Part shown: one piece after another, positions 1 through 10,439 of the stretch
Position numbering within the stretch: position 1 is the stretch's first letter
Layout of the letters: the number at the start of each line of letters is the position of its first letter
Assembly (NCBI GenBank): GCA_000092065.1
Contig: CP000583.1
Length of the DNA: 64,000 nt
Origin: Ostreococcus lucimarinus
Lineage: Eukaryota
Direction: 5' to 3' (one strand)
Position numbers and translations under genes: made by a program
Notes under the pieces: generated by a model
Seen by the model: the letters and a program-made list of their open reading frames with translations, nothing else
The model's database searches: none
What the model was told of the DNA's origin: nothing

Positions 1-210
1 CCCTAAACCCTAAACCCTAAACCCTAAACCCTAAACCCTAAACCCTAAACCCTAAACCCTAAACCCTAAACCCTAAACCCTAAACCCTAAACCCTAAACC
101 CTAAACCCTAAACCCTAAACCCTAAACCCTAAACCCTAAACCCTAAACCCTAAACCCTAAACCCTAAACCCTAAACCCTAAACCCTAAACCCTAAACCCT
201 AAACCCTAAA
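1..210 (-). repeat. Telomeric repeat array, (CCCTAAA)x30 on + strand = (TTTAGGG)n G-strand running toward position 1
   Basis: Perfect 7-bp tandem units from base 1 to 210, then an A-run and unique sequence. This is a plant-type telomere unit, so the window starts at a chromosome end. Confidence 0.95.
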
Positions 211-216
211 AAAAGC

Positions 217-597
217 GTGAACACGAACGAGATCTCTATACCGGTGGCGACCCTGGCGTTCGCGCCCGGCGATGTCGCGGCGAATCTGGCCACCATCAGT
301 TTCGGCTCGGCAAATGATGACACGTTGTATCACAGACGCGTGCAATCCGTTGATGTCGTCCAGGATACGTCCGTCATCGTGAAGACGACGGCGAGCGACG
401 TGCTCTCGTACACGGGCGGAAGTACGCTTCAGATTACACTCGCGGATTCAACGAATTGGAACAAACAAGCCTCTTGCACCAGATGCTCGTCTCTTAACGT
501 GCACTTGACCCCCGAGTTGGACGCCGCCATCGACAGAGCAGTCCAGGCGTTCGGAACCCCGAACGGCCGCAAGCTCCTTGGGTTTTCATGCTGGTGA
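217..597 (+). CDS. Subtelomeric hypothetical ORF (126 aa, GTG-initiated in track), no recognisable domain
   Basis: ORF begins 7 bp after the telomere array. The region 200-850 has lower GC than the rest of the window. No motif recognised, so it may be a gene fragment or a subtelomeric repeat element. Confidence 0.15.
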   Translation: MNTNEISIPVATLAFAPGDVAANLATISFGSANDDTLYHRRVQSVDVVQDTSVIVKTTASDVLSYTGGSTLQITLADSTNWNKQASCTRCSSLNVHLTPELDAAIDRAVQAFGTPNGRKLLGFSCW

Positions 598-876
598 GCT
601 CGTGGATTTGACCACGACTCCCCCGATACCCTCCGCGAGGCAAATTTTGTACCACAATAAAAGAGGAATGGTCCCCCTTCTTCGACCGACTGTCCTTGGG
701 AAAAATTTATGTATGACGGGTTGGGAGAGTCCCTGCACGCATGACGAGTCATGAACCGTCGATATATACGCATTTTAAGTATCAAATCACTAAAAGTATA
801 CTACTCCGCGTTTCGTGAGGAAATCTGTGTGAAAGCGCGCGACGCGGTACCGGACGGATGTTCCTATCACTTTGCG

Positions 877-1125
877 CGCTTATATTATTCACCTATGCGC
901 TTCGCAAGTTCGGCCCACGGATCTGCTGCGGTGCTATCGTTCGTGTGTGCGTCTGCGACGCCCGCGACGCGCACGGCTATGGGCGCCAACGGAAAATCAA
1001 CGTCGTCGTCATTTCGACGCCTCTTCGGAGCAGATTCAACGGCTTCCTTATTTTCCGCGAGCAATGCCTGGACTTCATCTTCGGCGTCGTCGTCGTCGGC
1101 TGCCGCGTCGACGTTTGCGTCCTCA
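877..1125. repeat. Subtelomeric copy (A) of a ~250 bp segment also present inverted at 27340..27586
   Basis: Direct comparison: the reverse complement of 27555..27586 (gcttatattattcacctatgcgcttcgcaag...) matches 877 onward. The translated ORFs 858..1202(+) vs 27316..27591(-) and 885..(-) vs 27286..27579(+) are ~90% identical. Confidence 0.85.
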
Positions 1126-2348
1126 GCGTCGTCGTCGCTCTCGGCGTCTGGACAAAGCAACAAATATTGCCTATCATCTTCGTTCTCGCCCGCGAAAAAT
1201 GAATCGTACACAGAGAACCCATCCAAGTCAAACACGTCGACCTCTGCGTGCCGCTCCGATTTCACGAGCCCGGTATACCCGTGATCGCGATATACCTCGA
1301 AGCGTTCTCGGTCCTTTAACACCGAGAACGCGATGCCCAAACGCTGCAGCTTTCGACACGCCGTCGCTGCTTTCGTGCGCCCACTCTCTATGCGAGACTC
1401 GTACGTCGCACGCTCTGACGCTAAATCGTCCAAGCACGTGACGACCACGCTCTCGCCGTCGACGACGAGCGGAGCGGTGTTGTGTTTTCTATCCCATTCG
1501 CGACCGGCGATCGATCGCTTCGACGTCGCGACGCAGTGCGCGCAAAAGTCTCGTCCTCGCTCGCCTCGCTCGTGAGCGCGATGCCAGCGATTAAACCTAA
1601 GCACGCTTTGGCAAGCGTCGCAGAAACCCGCGGACCCGCCGTTCGTTAACAAGCGATCGGGATGCCACTTCATCGCCTCGCGATGGTACGCCGCCCGCGC
1701 GCGGCCGGCCGGATTTGCGTTCTCTTTTGAAATTTTCAGCTCGGCGTATAAATCGAAAGGCTCGTCCCTCATGTCCTCGTACCCGCACGCCTCCGTCCAC
1801 CTCGCGAACGCTTCGTCGTCGGCGTCGTCGGCGTCGTCGACGCCCTCTTCCTCGCCGCGACTCGTCGCATCCGTCGCATCGTCGCCGCGCCGCAGCGTCA
1901 CGATTTTCGCTCCACCGTCGCGAGAGTGCTCTTCGCTTCTCGCGCGGACGCCTCGCCTTCGCGCTTCTTCGTGCACAGCTCGGCGCGCGTCGACGCTGAG
2001 CGCGTTCCCGTCGTAATCGCTGACGATGCTGTGCGCGTCGCTGTCGCCGTCGCGCACGAAGAGCTCGACGTGATGTCGCGCCCAATCGCGAAGGATTCGC
2101 GGCAACGGTTTCGCGTCGACGGTCGAAAAGGCGCTCGCGTCGACGCCTCGCCGTCGTCCTCGTGCGGGCGTCATGGCGTCACCGCGCGCCGCGACGCGAC
2201 GTGACGCACGGACCGAGGGGAACGCTCGCGCGTCCGCATTGCGCGACGGCGCGTCGCCGACCGAGGCGAAGACGGACGACGACGGCGAGGACGAGCGAGG
2301 CATCGAAGCGAGGACTCGATGTCGTCGAACGCGCGCGCGGAGACGCAC
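885..2348 (-). CDS. J-domain (DnaJ-like) protein with Cys/His zinc-finger-like segment; C-terminal ~80 aa encoded by the duplicated segment
   Basis: J-domain helix II/III with HPD motif (DLYAELKISKE...AAYHREAMKWHPDRL). This is followed by CDACQ...WHRAHERGERGRDFCAHC and an acidic C-terminus. The true start is uncertain because the N-terminus is R-rich. Confidence 0.45.
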   Translation of the reverse strand: MRLRARVRRHRVLASMPRSSSPSSSVFASVGDAPSRNADARAFPSVRASRRVAARGDAMTPARGRRRGVDASAFSTVDAKPLPRILRDWARHHVELFVRDGDSDAHSIVSDYDGNALSVDARRAVHEEARRRGVRARSEEHSRDGGAKIVTLRRGDDATDATSRGEEEGVDDADDADDEAFARWTEACGYEDMRDEPFDLYAELKISKENANPAGRARAAYHREAMKWHPDRLLTNGGSAGFCDACQSVLRFNRWHRAHERGERGRDFCAHCVATSKRSIAGREWDRKHNTAPLVVDGESVVVTCLDDLASERATYESRIESGRTKAATACRKLQRLGIAFSVLKDRERFEVYRDHGYTGLVKSERHAEVDVFDLDGFSVYDSFFAGENEDDRQYLLLCPDAESDDDAEDANVDAAADDDDAEDEVQALLAENKEAVESAPKRRRNDDDVDFPLAPIAVRVAGVADAHTNDSTAADPWAELAKRIGE

Positions 2349-3437
2349 GCCGAAGCGTCGACGTCGACGCTGTTCGATTTGTCACCGCGCGAGCACTTTA
2401 CGCGAGTCGTGCGCGGTGCCGCGGCGACGCGCGCGAGCGCGGTGTGCGCGCCGCGGCGGGCGTCGCGCCGGTCGACGCTCGCGATGACGACGCGCGAGAG
2501 ACCAGAACACGCGTTAGGACGGGATGTGCGAATGCAACGACGCGCGCGCGGTGTCAAACCGCGGCGCCGCGAAAGCGTCGAGGCGACAGGCGTCGAGGCG
2601 ACGGGCGAAGACGTCGCTCGCTTCCTCAGCGTGAGGTTGCGGGCGATGGATATAAACGTCCTCATGGACGGATGGCAGAACACCTTAGAAGACGCAGAGA
2701 TGGCGCTCGTGATGGAGAGGCACGTGTTTGGTGCGCGCGTGGAGGCGAGAAGCGCGCGAGAGCGAGAACACGAAGAGGCACAAATGACGATACCGAGTAC
2801 AGTCGACGCGCACGTCACGAAAAACGTGACATCGAGCGATGTCGTGCAATTCGTGGAACGCGCACTCGCTCGTGCACGCGCATTTGCTCGCGCGCAAAGG
2901 TTTCCTCCTGCGCAACCAGCGGGAACGCCGATGGACGCTTTGGCGATGCGCAAAACGGGCAAAGATAAAGCTCGCCGCGCTGACGAGATCGCTCGTCGGA
3001 TTCGATGGAAGATTCACGATCTCAAGCAAAAGGAAGTCTCGGTGAAGATAATCAGCGATGCGTTAGCGAAAACAGAGCTCAATGCGAGCAGCACCGTGGC
3101 AAAATCCACGTCGAGTCGAGCGCTAAAGCGCGCCGGGGGATTTCAAAAGACAATGTCTGCGGCAAAGCGAGCGCGGTTCAGCAAGCACAAACCGCTCGTG
3201 CTCAAGCTTCGAGAACCAGAAATTTCTATTCTAGGTTCGAAACAACTGACGTCGTTCGGTCGGGACGTCACGAACGCGGCTTCAGATCAAACGCGGCGCG
3301 TCGTGGTGAACGTGTCAAAGGCGGCGTCCGGTGTCTTAAGGCGCAACTTTATGAGTTCGGTCAAACGTCATTCGACGATGCCGAGAACGACTGCAGATGA
3401 CTTTTCGGTTTCGAAGTTTCCGAAGCTACCGCGATAA
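2319..3437 (+). CDS. Hypothetical protein, basic K-rich C-terminal half
   Basis: Long ORF whose composition shifts to a K/S-rich, less GC-biased tail (3000-3430), typical of real coding sequence. No domain recognised. Possibly divergent from the J-domain gene. Confidence 0.25.
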   Translation: MSSNARAETHAEASTSTLFDLSPREHFTRVVRGAAATRASAVCAPRRASRRSTLAMTTRERPEHALGRDVRMQRRARGVKPRRRESVEATGVEATGEDVARFLSVRLRAMDINVLMDGWQNTLEDAEMALVMERHVFGARVEARSAREREHEEAQMTIPSTVDAHVTKNVTSSDVVQFVERALARARAFARAQRFPPAQPAGTPMDALAMRKTGKDKARRADEIARRIRWKIHDLKQKEVSVKIISDALAKTELNASSTVAKSTSSRALKRAGGFQKTMSAAKRARFSKHKPLVLKLREPEISILGSKQLTSFGRDVTNAASDQTRRVVVNVSKAASGVLRRNFMSSVKRHSTMPRTTADDFSVSKFPKLPR

Positions 3438-3476
3438 AGTTGAAATGAGTAGAGTTTGTGTGATGAAACGTGGAGA

Positions 3477-4850
3477 CTAATTTAACTCGGGATACTGCCA
3501 AGGGCTGAACTTTGTCGGCACGCCCTCCGGCTTCTTTGAATCGTAGTCGTCGTTGAATTCCCAAACGTCTGTGCCGACGTCCTTTTCGAGCTCGTGTAAG
3601 TCGGCATGCTCAGCCTTCTTGAACCACCGCGGGGTCCACACTTCGCCCTTCTCCTTGCGCGTTCGTCGCTCGGCGCGTTGCTTCTCCTCGAGTTGCGTCT
3701 TCAAGGAAGTCGCCGAGGAATCACCTTCATCCAACGCCACGCGATCCGGGCGCAAACGAGAATCTGATGCTAACAACCCATAATCGGGTGCACTCGCCAT
3801 TTCGTTCATCTTGATTGTGTACGTCGGGAATCCGTACTTGTTCGCCGGCACTGGCCATTCGTCCACTTGCCAGAGCTGCACTTTCTCATCCTCATCCTCA
3901 CCCGCGCGCGTGTAACTTAAATCCCGGTTCCAGTGCCCGAAAACGTTCAATGCGGTCGTGCCATCCGGACGTTTGATCACGCCAGAGCACACGTATCGAG
4001 CAAAGCTCATTATACCGCACGCCTTGAAGTCAAGCTCGGCGACGGCGCCAGATGTGAGATTTATGACCTTCATCTCACCGAACGTATCAATCCAGATACG
4101 GCCGATGATGAGGTTATTCACTCGAGAAGACGGCGGAACGATGTTAAAGGTCTCACCAGTCTTGTGAAGCGTAATGCGGGTGCGACCGACCGGGAAAACA
4201 TCCACCCAATTACCCATGAATTTTGTGGTCACTGCGCTCGTGATATCGTACGTGAAACTCTTCGTCTTGACGTGCCCAGCGCCGATTGGCGGGTGGTGGC
4301 TCACTTGTTCTGCCAAATAAGTGCTACCGTCGTTCATCTTAAGCTCGAATGTCTCGCCCAAGATGGGATTGAATGGTTTTTTCGCTCTCTCCATCGTGCT
4401 GTAAACCGCCACGGCGAACGCCGTCACCTTGGCCAGCCGCACGTCTGCGTCTTCCTCCTCGTTCGCCTCCTCGAGCAGCCGCTGGTACTGCATGATTTCC
4501 GCCATTTTTTGTAACGTCGAAACGGGCTCCATCAAGAATGTGGGAAGGCTAAACATTGACATGATGTCGCTCCCTAGCATATCCTTCAGTTGACCCCACA
4601 TAGCCTTTCTGTCATCCACCGCGTCGACTTCGGTGTGTTCGCCCGCGTGCGCTTCCTCACCACCCTCGGTGACCTCGAGCTCATCGTATCCGGCCAAATA
4701 ATTTAATCCATCGCCGACGGCGTTCACCAAGTCCGACCCCCACGTCCCCACGCGACTGATCCACGAGCGATGGGCCTTCGCGTCTTTCGCGGCGTCGCTC
4801 GGTTGTTTCGGCGGTAGCCCGGCGCGAACATCGTCCTCGAATCCATCCAT
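3477..4850 (-). CDS. Oxysterol-binding protein (OSBP/ORP) family lipid-transfer protein
   Basis: Canonical OSBP fingerprint EQVSHHPP (EQVSHHPPIGAGHV) and ORD-domain conservation throughout. ATG verified at 4850. Confidence 0.85.
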   Translation of the reverse strand: MDGFEDDVRAGLPPKQPSDAAKDAKAHRSWISRVGTWGSDLVNAVGDGLNYLAGYDELEVTEGGEEAHAGEHTEVDAVDDRKAMWGQLKDMLGSDIMSMFSLPTFLMEPVSTLQKMAEIMQYQRLLEEANEEEDADVRLAKVTAFAVAVYSTMERAKKPFNPILGETFELKMNDGSTYLAEQVSHHPPIGAGHVKTKSFTYDITSAVTTKFMGNWVDVFPVGRTRITLHKTGETFNIVPPSSRVNNLIIGRIWIDTFGEMKVINLTSGAVAELDFKACGIMSFARYVCSGVIKRPDGTTALNVFGHWNRDLSYTRAGEDEDEKVQLWQVDEWPVPANKYGFPTYTIKMNEMASAPDYGLLASDSRLRPDRVALDEGDSSATSLKTQLEEKQRAERRTRKEKGEVWTPRWFKKAEHADLHELEKDVGTDVWEFNDDYDSKKPEGVPTKFSPWQYPELN

Positions 4851-5107
4851 GTCGTACCGCGAGCTCGCACGCGTTCACCAGCGCCGATCGACGCACGTGT
4901 CGCTCGCTCGTTCGCGAATACCGAGACGATATCCGTTCGAGGGCTGCGCACGCGTCGCGCTCGCGCGACGACGACGACGCGCGCGATTGAAGACGAAACG
5001 ACGGAGTCGTGCGCGTCAAACACGCACGCCCACGCCGCGTTGACGTCGGCGAGACGATGCCGCTCGCACCTCCGTGTGCGGCGTCGTCGCGCGTCGGCGA
5101 AGAAGAG

Positions 5108-5161
5108 AAAAAACCCGCGTGTTGACACTGTCAACACGCGGGTTTTTTGTCAACTTGACAG
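5108..5161. promoter_or_regulatory. Perfect 41-bp palindrome (A6-CCCGCGTGTTGACA-c-TGTCAACACGCGGG-T6) plus adjacent TGTCAActTGACA palindrome
   Basis: Read directly: 5108..5148 is self-complementary with a 1-nt centre, flanked by A6/T6. It is immediately followed by a second 13-bp palindrome sharing the TGTCAA half-site. It lies between the WD40 gene 3' end and the OSBP 5' end. Confidence 0.8.
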
Positions 5162-5212
5162 CTGGCCCGAGAGCCGTTTTTCGTGTACACCTGGCTGGGT
5201 ACGTTTTACATG

Positions 5213-6610
5213 CTAATATGGCGAGTGTCGACGACCGGGCGGACGCGCACGGTCAACGGGAGGACGCTCTTCATTCCCCACGTCTGGTGTCCACGCGCAG
5301 ACCAACGCGTCCTCGCCGACCGTGGCGGGCACTCGAGCGGATTCGCTCGCCGTCGCGTTCGCATCCCAAACTATCGAGCGAACGATGTCGCGGTGACCGC
5401 GCCTGAGGACGGCTGCGGGAGCGCCGAGACCGACGTACGCACTCGTTCCGCGCATCGACGGCGACCCTTGTACGAGCGGGAAAATGCCAACCACACCGCT
5501 TTGCGTACCAGCGGAGAGGAACAGTTCGCCGGGCGCGACGCCGTCGTGAATACCCAATACGTAATCGACTTGCGCGGCAAACTCGGGCGCCGACGCCGAG
5601 ACTTCTGGAGACGACGTTGCCGCGGTTCGCACCAACTCTCGCGCGTTCTTTAAGTGAACCAAGTGCACTCCCACCCGTCGCCTGTCGCTCGATGCGACAA
5701 ATATGTGCGCGTCTTCCACGCCCGTGACGCACCAGAGCGCGTCGCGCGCGTCGCCGCTGGAGCCGGAGCGGCAAAAGCCGATATTATTCACCGCCGCTTC
5801 GGCGGACATGACGCTGATCAAAGACTCTTCATCGTTCAAAGGCGTATGTGCGCAGTCGAACGCGCACACCAAACCGTCGACGCTGGATGTATACAATTCA
5901 CTTCGTCTCTCGGGGTGAAATCTTACTCGCGTCACCGCCTCTGAGTGCGCGTCTTGGAACAACGACGCGTTACCTTGCTGACGACGATCGTAAAACGCCA
6001 CGTGCGGACCCACCGCGGTGGCGACGAGGAAGTCTGACGCACTACCACCGAGCGATGCGCTCGCGACGTCTCGCTCGTTAAACGGCGCCCTAAAGCTCGC
6101 CGTCGGTCTGTCGTCCTGCGACCGCGCGTCGTACACGCGCGTCGTGCCATCGCCGCACGCGCACACGATTGAGAATGGATCCGCCGCCGATCCGAACTCG
6201 CACTCATTCACGCTCGCGTTCAGCCTGATTTCGCGTTCGCCGTGAGCGAACGCACCCGTCGCGCGCTCTCTCGCGTACACGCGCACGCGCCCCGAAGTCG
6301 TCGCGACGGCGCAGGACGTCCCGTCGTGATTGCTCGCGATGTGCGTGTTGTACGGTGCGTCTTTGTCCACCGCGGTGGACGTCATCGACGTTGCCCTCAA
6401 CGACATCGCCGTCGTCGACGCGCGTCCGCCGCGCACGGTGAACGTCAACGCTTCGTCGCTTTCGGGCGTCGGCTCGACGTAGTCGTCGTTCTCGAACACG
6501 TTCGGCGCGCCGCTGTCGTCGACGAGCGCGCGAGCACCGCGCCGGTCGTCGTCATCGTGAGCGTCGTCGTCGTCGCGCGTTCTCGTCATCGCGCGAATCG
6601 CGCGACGCAA
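5213..6610 (-). CDS. WD40-repeat protein (probable)
   Basis: Repeated GxxxxVxxW/D-like blades (…TSGRVRVYA…, …DGLVCAFD…, …DALWCVTG…) and an acidic N-terminus. The family is not identifiable. Confidence 0.4.
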   Translation of the reverse strand: MRRAIRAMTRTRDDDDAHDDDDRRGARALVDDSGAPNVFENDDYVEPTPESDEALTFTVRGGRASTTAMSLRATSMTSTAVDKDAPYNTHIASNHDGTSCAVATTSGRVRVYARERATGAFAHGEREIRLNASVNECEFGSAADPFSIVCACGDGTTRVYDARSQDDRPTASFRAPFNERDVASASLGGSASDFLVATAVGPHVAFYDRRQQGNASLFQDAHSEAVTRVRFHPERRSELYTSSVDGLVCAFDCAHTPLNDEESLISVMSAEAAVNNIGFCRSGSSGDARDALWCVTGVEDAHIFVASSDRRRVGVHLVHLKNARELVRTAATSSPEVSASAPEFAAQVDYVLGIHDGVAPGELFLSAGTQSGVVGIFPLVQGSPSMRGTSAYVGLGAPAAVLRRGHRDIVRSIVWDANATASESARVPATVGEDALVCAWTPDVGNEERPPVDRARPPGRRHSPY

Positions 6611-6673
6611 TCCCGACGCGATCGCGACGTCACCGCACTTTTCGCCGCGCGCCGACGACGGTTGGCGTTCACC

Positions 6674-7387
6674 ATGTCGACCGCGCCTGACGCGCGAGCG
6701 ATGGCGAACGATGCCGTGAGACGGGCGCGGCGCGCGATCGATGACGTCGTGGATCGTTTACGAGACGCGCGCGCGCGCGTCGTCGTCATCGCGCTGTGCG
6801 TATGCGCGTGTACGAATCCGAGCGCGGAGACGTTTCACGGCGCCTGCGTCGAGGGTAAATTCGTCGAGCGTTCGGCGCTCGACGCGCTCGTGATGCGCAC
6901 GCAGGGACGGGTGTGCAGCAATTACGGCTTGTCACACGCGTTACGCCTGAGGAAACCGACGTACGGCGTGCATGACGTCATCATCGCGTCCATCGCGCGC
7001 ACGACGCGCGATGGACGGCATTTCCTCGGCGCGTTTGGAACGTGGTTTCGCGTGCCAAAGGTTTTGAATTTCATCCCCACGGTGTTTGTGAACGTCTATC
7101 GCGTGCACGTGACGGTGTTTGCACTCATAGCGCTCGGCGCGCTCGGTGCGCTCGCCGTGCGAGCGTTGCGTTTGATAAAAACAGTCGTCGTCGGCGTCTT
7201 CGGACTCGCCGCGGCTTCGTACGTGGCGCCGCGAGTGTGCGACGCTCCGCTGTGGTCAATCGCGCTCTGCGCCGCGATGTGGGGGTACGCGTACAAGAGG
7301 GGTTGTTTGAATGGCGTCGTCACCGTGCTCAAGGCGCTCAAGCCCCCGCCCAAGCACCGCCGCGGGCGCGGGCCGCCGCCTCGCTAA
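6674..7387 (+). CDS. Hypothetical membrane protein (~237 aa, 2-3 predicted TM helices)
   Basis: In-frame ATG at 6674 after the overlap with the antisense WD40 gene. Hydrophobic helices are present (VTVFALIALGALGALAV…, VVVGVFGLAAASYVA…). No domain recognised. Confidence 0.3.
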   Translation: MSTAPDARAMANDAVRRARRAIDDVVDRLRDARARVVVIALCVCACTNPSAETFHGACVEGKFVERSALDALVMRTQGRVCSNYGLSHALRLRKPTYGVHDVIIASIARTTRDGRHFLGAFGTWFRVPKVLNFIPTVFVNVYRVHVTVFALIALGALGALAVRALRLIKTVVVGVFGLAAASYVAPRVCDAPLWSIALCAAMWGYAYKRGCLNGVVTVLKALKPPPKHRRGRGPPPR

Positions 7388-7432
7388 ACCCTGGCGCGCG
7401 CGCGCGCGATGAGACTGGATTCCCGTTCCGCC

Positions 7433-7488
7433 GTTTCGGCGCCCGCGCGAGTCTCGGCGCCCGCGCGAGTCTCGGCGCCCGCGCGAGC
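7433..7488. repeat. Tandem repeat 3 x 18 bp (TCGGCGCCCGCGCGAGTC)
   Basis: Seen directly in the 3' intergenic region between the 6674 gene and the BASS gene. Confidence 0.8.
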
Positions 7489-7657
7489 GCGTACGCGTTC
7501 CGTCGCGTTTCGATACGATTAATAATATGGGACGGGATGATTCGTCTTGTAAATGATACTGTACGAAGATTTACATCTCTACGCTTGCGCCCGCGACGAC
7601 GGATTTGCGAATATTACCAAGCTTCGTCGACCATCGTCTAAAAGCAAGATATCCGTC

Positions 7658-8892
7658 TTAGTTTTCATCCGGAACCGGAATGAATCGCCAGATCACCGCC
7701 ATGGTGCTCCCTAACACCGCCATCCAAACGACGGAAACCGCCGAGGGCACGCGCACGAGGTACTCCGGGAAGTGGAGAGACGCAAGCAAAAAGCCAAAGG
7801 CGCTCGACTTCATCGCGGTTTCGATAGCGACCGTTCTACAAGTCGTTTCACTGTACTTGAACACACGCATGATCCCATAACCGGCGAGGCCGCCGATGAG
7901 ATGGAGCATGAAAGCGGCGAGTTGCAACGTCATACCAGCGCCCAAAATGCCGGCGGCGCAGTTCGCAACTGCTCCGCCGACGAGGATGATGGTGGCAGTA
8001 ACACCGACGACAGGGGAGAAAGGTTCAACGCTTCGACAGAACTTCGGCACGTACTTGTTCAAAGTCAAACCGAGAACGACGGGCACAAGAACAACTTGGA
8101 TGGTGGAAATCGCCATGCCCATGGCGTCCACGTCGACGACGGCGCCCAAAGCGAGTTTGCAAATGAGCGGAGTCATGAAGATGCAGCCGACGGTGGTGGC
8201 GGTAGTCATGAGTACAGAGAGCGCGACATCACCCCGGGCGATGTAAGCGCACAGGTTGCTCGCCTGACCGCCGTTGATTGAACCCACTAGGATCAGACCG
8301 GCGAGGAGCGGGCCGCTCAAACCAAGCGCGTTGCCGATGACGAACGCCAACGCCGGCATGAGGACGTAGCACGCGAAAAATCCGAGCCCAATCACCCGCG
8401 GTTTTAAGAAAACGCGCTTGAAGTCATCAAGGGTGAGCGTGATGCCCATGGAAAACATGAGCAACGCCAAGCACGCCGTGTACGCGTTGTTCGTCATGAA
8501 CGCAAACGTGGCCGGTTTCGTGACCCCAACGACCGCGGCAAGGATGGTCCAAATCGGAAACAAGTTGGCGAAGACCTCCGAAAACTTCTTGAACGTCGCC
8601 ATGGGCGCGATCGCCCCCCCGGCCGCGCGCGGGACGACGGACCCCCTTCGCTTTTCTCGCGACGCGCCCCCCCCGAACCTAGTCGCCGTCGCCGTCGCTC
8701 GCGCGACGCCCGCGGCGCCCGCGACCGCGCGACCGACGTCACCGATGGCGTTCGGCATCACACATCGCTCGCCCGCGGCTCGACGCCGCGCATCGCCCGC
8801 GGCTCGAGCTCGCGCGCGATGCGCGCGCTTCGTGGATAAAGCCGTACCCCCAGCGCGGTGCGCGCGCGGGGCGGTGGCGAGCGCGCGCGCGG
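7658..8892 (-). CDS. Bile acid:sodium symporter (BASS) family transporter, plastid-type with S/A/R-rich N-terminal presequence
   Basis: Full-length BASS/SBF topology and motifs (…GFFACYVLMPALAFVIGNALGLS…GLILVGSINGGQASN…). ATG verified at 8892 (MSGAARAL…), preceding a ~100-aa low-complexity presequence. Confidence 0.85.
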
Positions 8893-9210
8893 CACCGCTC
8901 ATCGTTGACGTCGCGAAGCGTCGAGGCGAACGAAAGCGTGGACGTCGACCGAGCGTTCGGTGGACGAGTCGGCGACGCGCGACGACGAGGTCGTCGCGAA
9001 GCGCACTGCGGCGCGCGCGACGCGACGCGCGCGCGGGGCGAGGATCGGGTGTTTTCGATGGCGCGTGATTTTGAAAAAAAACAATCCAGCGATGGGCGTT
9101 ACGCGTGTTCGTATACGCAGTTTGGATGCGCGTTCGGTTCAAGCCGCGTCGGTTCGGCGCGAACAAAGCCAAAAAAGCGCCGCGGCGCGCGCGCGGGCGA
9201 TGATGGGTTG

Positions 9211-9241
9211 GCGATGGGCGATGGGCGATGGGCGATGCGAG
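9211..9241. repeat. (GGGCGAT)x4.5 heptamer tandem repeat in divergent BASS/MDH promoter
   Basis: Seen directly: gggcgatgggcgatgggcgatgggcgatg. Confidence 0.8.
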
Positions 9242-9362
9242 CGATCGGTGAACGCGTCACCGCACACCCGCGCGCGTCGATCCATCGTCCGCGAGCGATC
9301 TGATTCGTGAACGCTCTCGCGCACCCCACGACACGGCCACACTCGCGATAACGTCTCAAACG

Positions 9363-10439
9363 ATGCGCGCGACGCAACTCTCCAGCCGCACGGCGATTCG
9401 AGGCGGCGATCTTGCGGCGAAGAAGACTCGCCGAGGTGCGGGCGCTGGACGCGCGACGTACGCGCGACGATCGAGCGCGATGACGGTGACGAAGAGTCAA
9501 TACTCCGTCGCCGTTCTCGGCGCCGCGGGTGGGATCGGTCAATCGCTGTCACTCTTGTTGAAGATGAATCCGCTGATTAGCGACTTGCGACTGTACGACT
9601 TGGCCAATACGCCGGGCGTGGCGGCGGATTTGTCGCACACGAACACGACGTGCCAAGTCCGTGGATTCATGGGAGCGGATCAGTTGAAGGATGCGCTCAA
9701 GGGTGCCGATTTGGTGGTTATTCCCGCGGGCGTTCCGCGTAAGCCGGGCATGACGCGAGACGATTTGTTCGCGATTAACGCCGGCATCGTTCGCGACTTG
9801 TGCGTCGCGTGCACCGAAGCGTGCCCGAACGCGTTGATCAACATCATCTCCAACCCGGTGAACTCCACGGTCCCGATCGCGAGCGAGGTGTTCAAGAAGG
9901 CTGGATGCTACGATCCGAAGAAGATTTTCGGCGTCACGACGCTCGACATCGTTCGCTCGAACACGTTCGTCGCAGAAGCCAAGGGGTTGGACATTAACGA
10001 CGTCGACGTTCCCGTCATCGGTGGCCACGCTGGCATTACGATTTTGCCGCTTTTGAGCCAAACGTACCCGAAGTGCGACTTCACCGCCGAAGAGGCTGAT
10101 AAGCTCACCGTGCGCATTCAAAACGCCGGCACCGAAGTCGTCGAAGCCAAGGCTGGCGCCGGCTCCGCGACGCTCTCCATGGCTTATGCCGCTGCGCGCA
10201 TGGCTGAAGCTTGCTTGCGCGGTTTGAGTGGTGAACCGGACGTGTACGAATGTTCTTACGTCGCTTCCAACATCACGGAACTTCCGTACTTCGCGACTAA
10301 GGTCCGTCTCGGCCCGTCTGGCGCTGACGAAGTCATGCCCATCGGCGACATTACCGAGTACGAAGCCGATTGGTTGGCCAAGCTCAAGGTTGAGCTCACG
10401 GGTAGCATCCAAAAGGGTGTCGACTTCGCCAACCAATAA
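9363..10439 (+). CDS. MDH: NAD-dependent malate dehydrogenase, mitochondrial/glyoxysomal type with N-terminal targeting extension
   Basis: [19 protein letters not shown] Rossmann motif, catalytic-region conservation and LDH/MDH C-terminal domain. A ~40-aa R-rich presequence is present. ATG verified. Confidence 0.9.
   Translation: MRATQLSSRTAIRGGDLAAKKTRRGAGAGRATYARRSSAMTVTKSQYSVAVLGAAGGIGQSLSLLLKMNPLISDLRLYDLANTPGVAADLSHTNTTCQVRGFMGADQLKDALKGADLVVIPAGVPRKPGMTRDDLFAINAGIVRDLCVACTEACPNALINIISNPVNSTVPIASEVFKKAGCYDPKKIFGVTTLDIVRSNTFVAEAKGLDINDVDVPVIGGHAGITILPLLSQTYPKCDFTAEEADKLTVRIQNAGTEVVEAKAGAGSATLSMAYAAARMAEACLRGLSGEPDVYECSYVASNITELPYFATKVRLGPSGADEVMPIGDITEYEADWLAKLKVELTGSIQKGVDFANQ

Noticed and set aside
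1-210. Short regular tandem repeats as a possible CRISPR array or satellite
   Set aside because: Units are 7 bp with no spacers, which is a canonical telomere repeat. The other tandem repeats (7433, 9211, 54991) are too short and spacer-less to be CRISPR, and no cas genes are present.
5108-5148. Hairpin followed by a T-run resembling a bacterial rho-independent terminator
   Set aside because: The context is clearly eukaryotic: telomere, spliceosomal introns, and nuclear genes such as SF3B1, U2AF and TSG101. It is kept as a palindromic regulatory or cruciform candidate rather than an intrinsic terminator.
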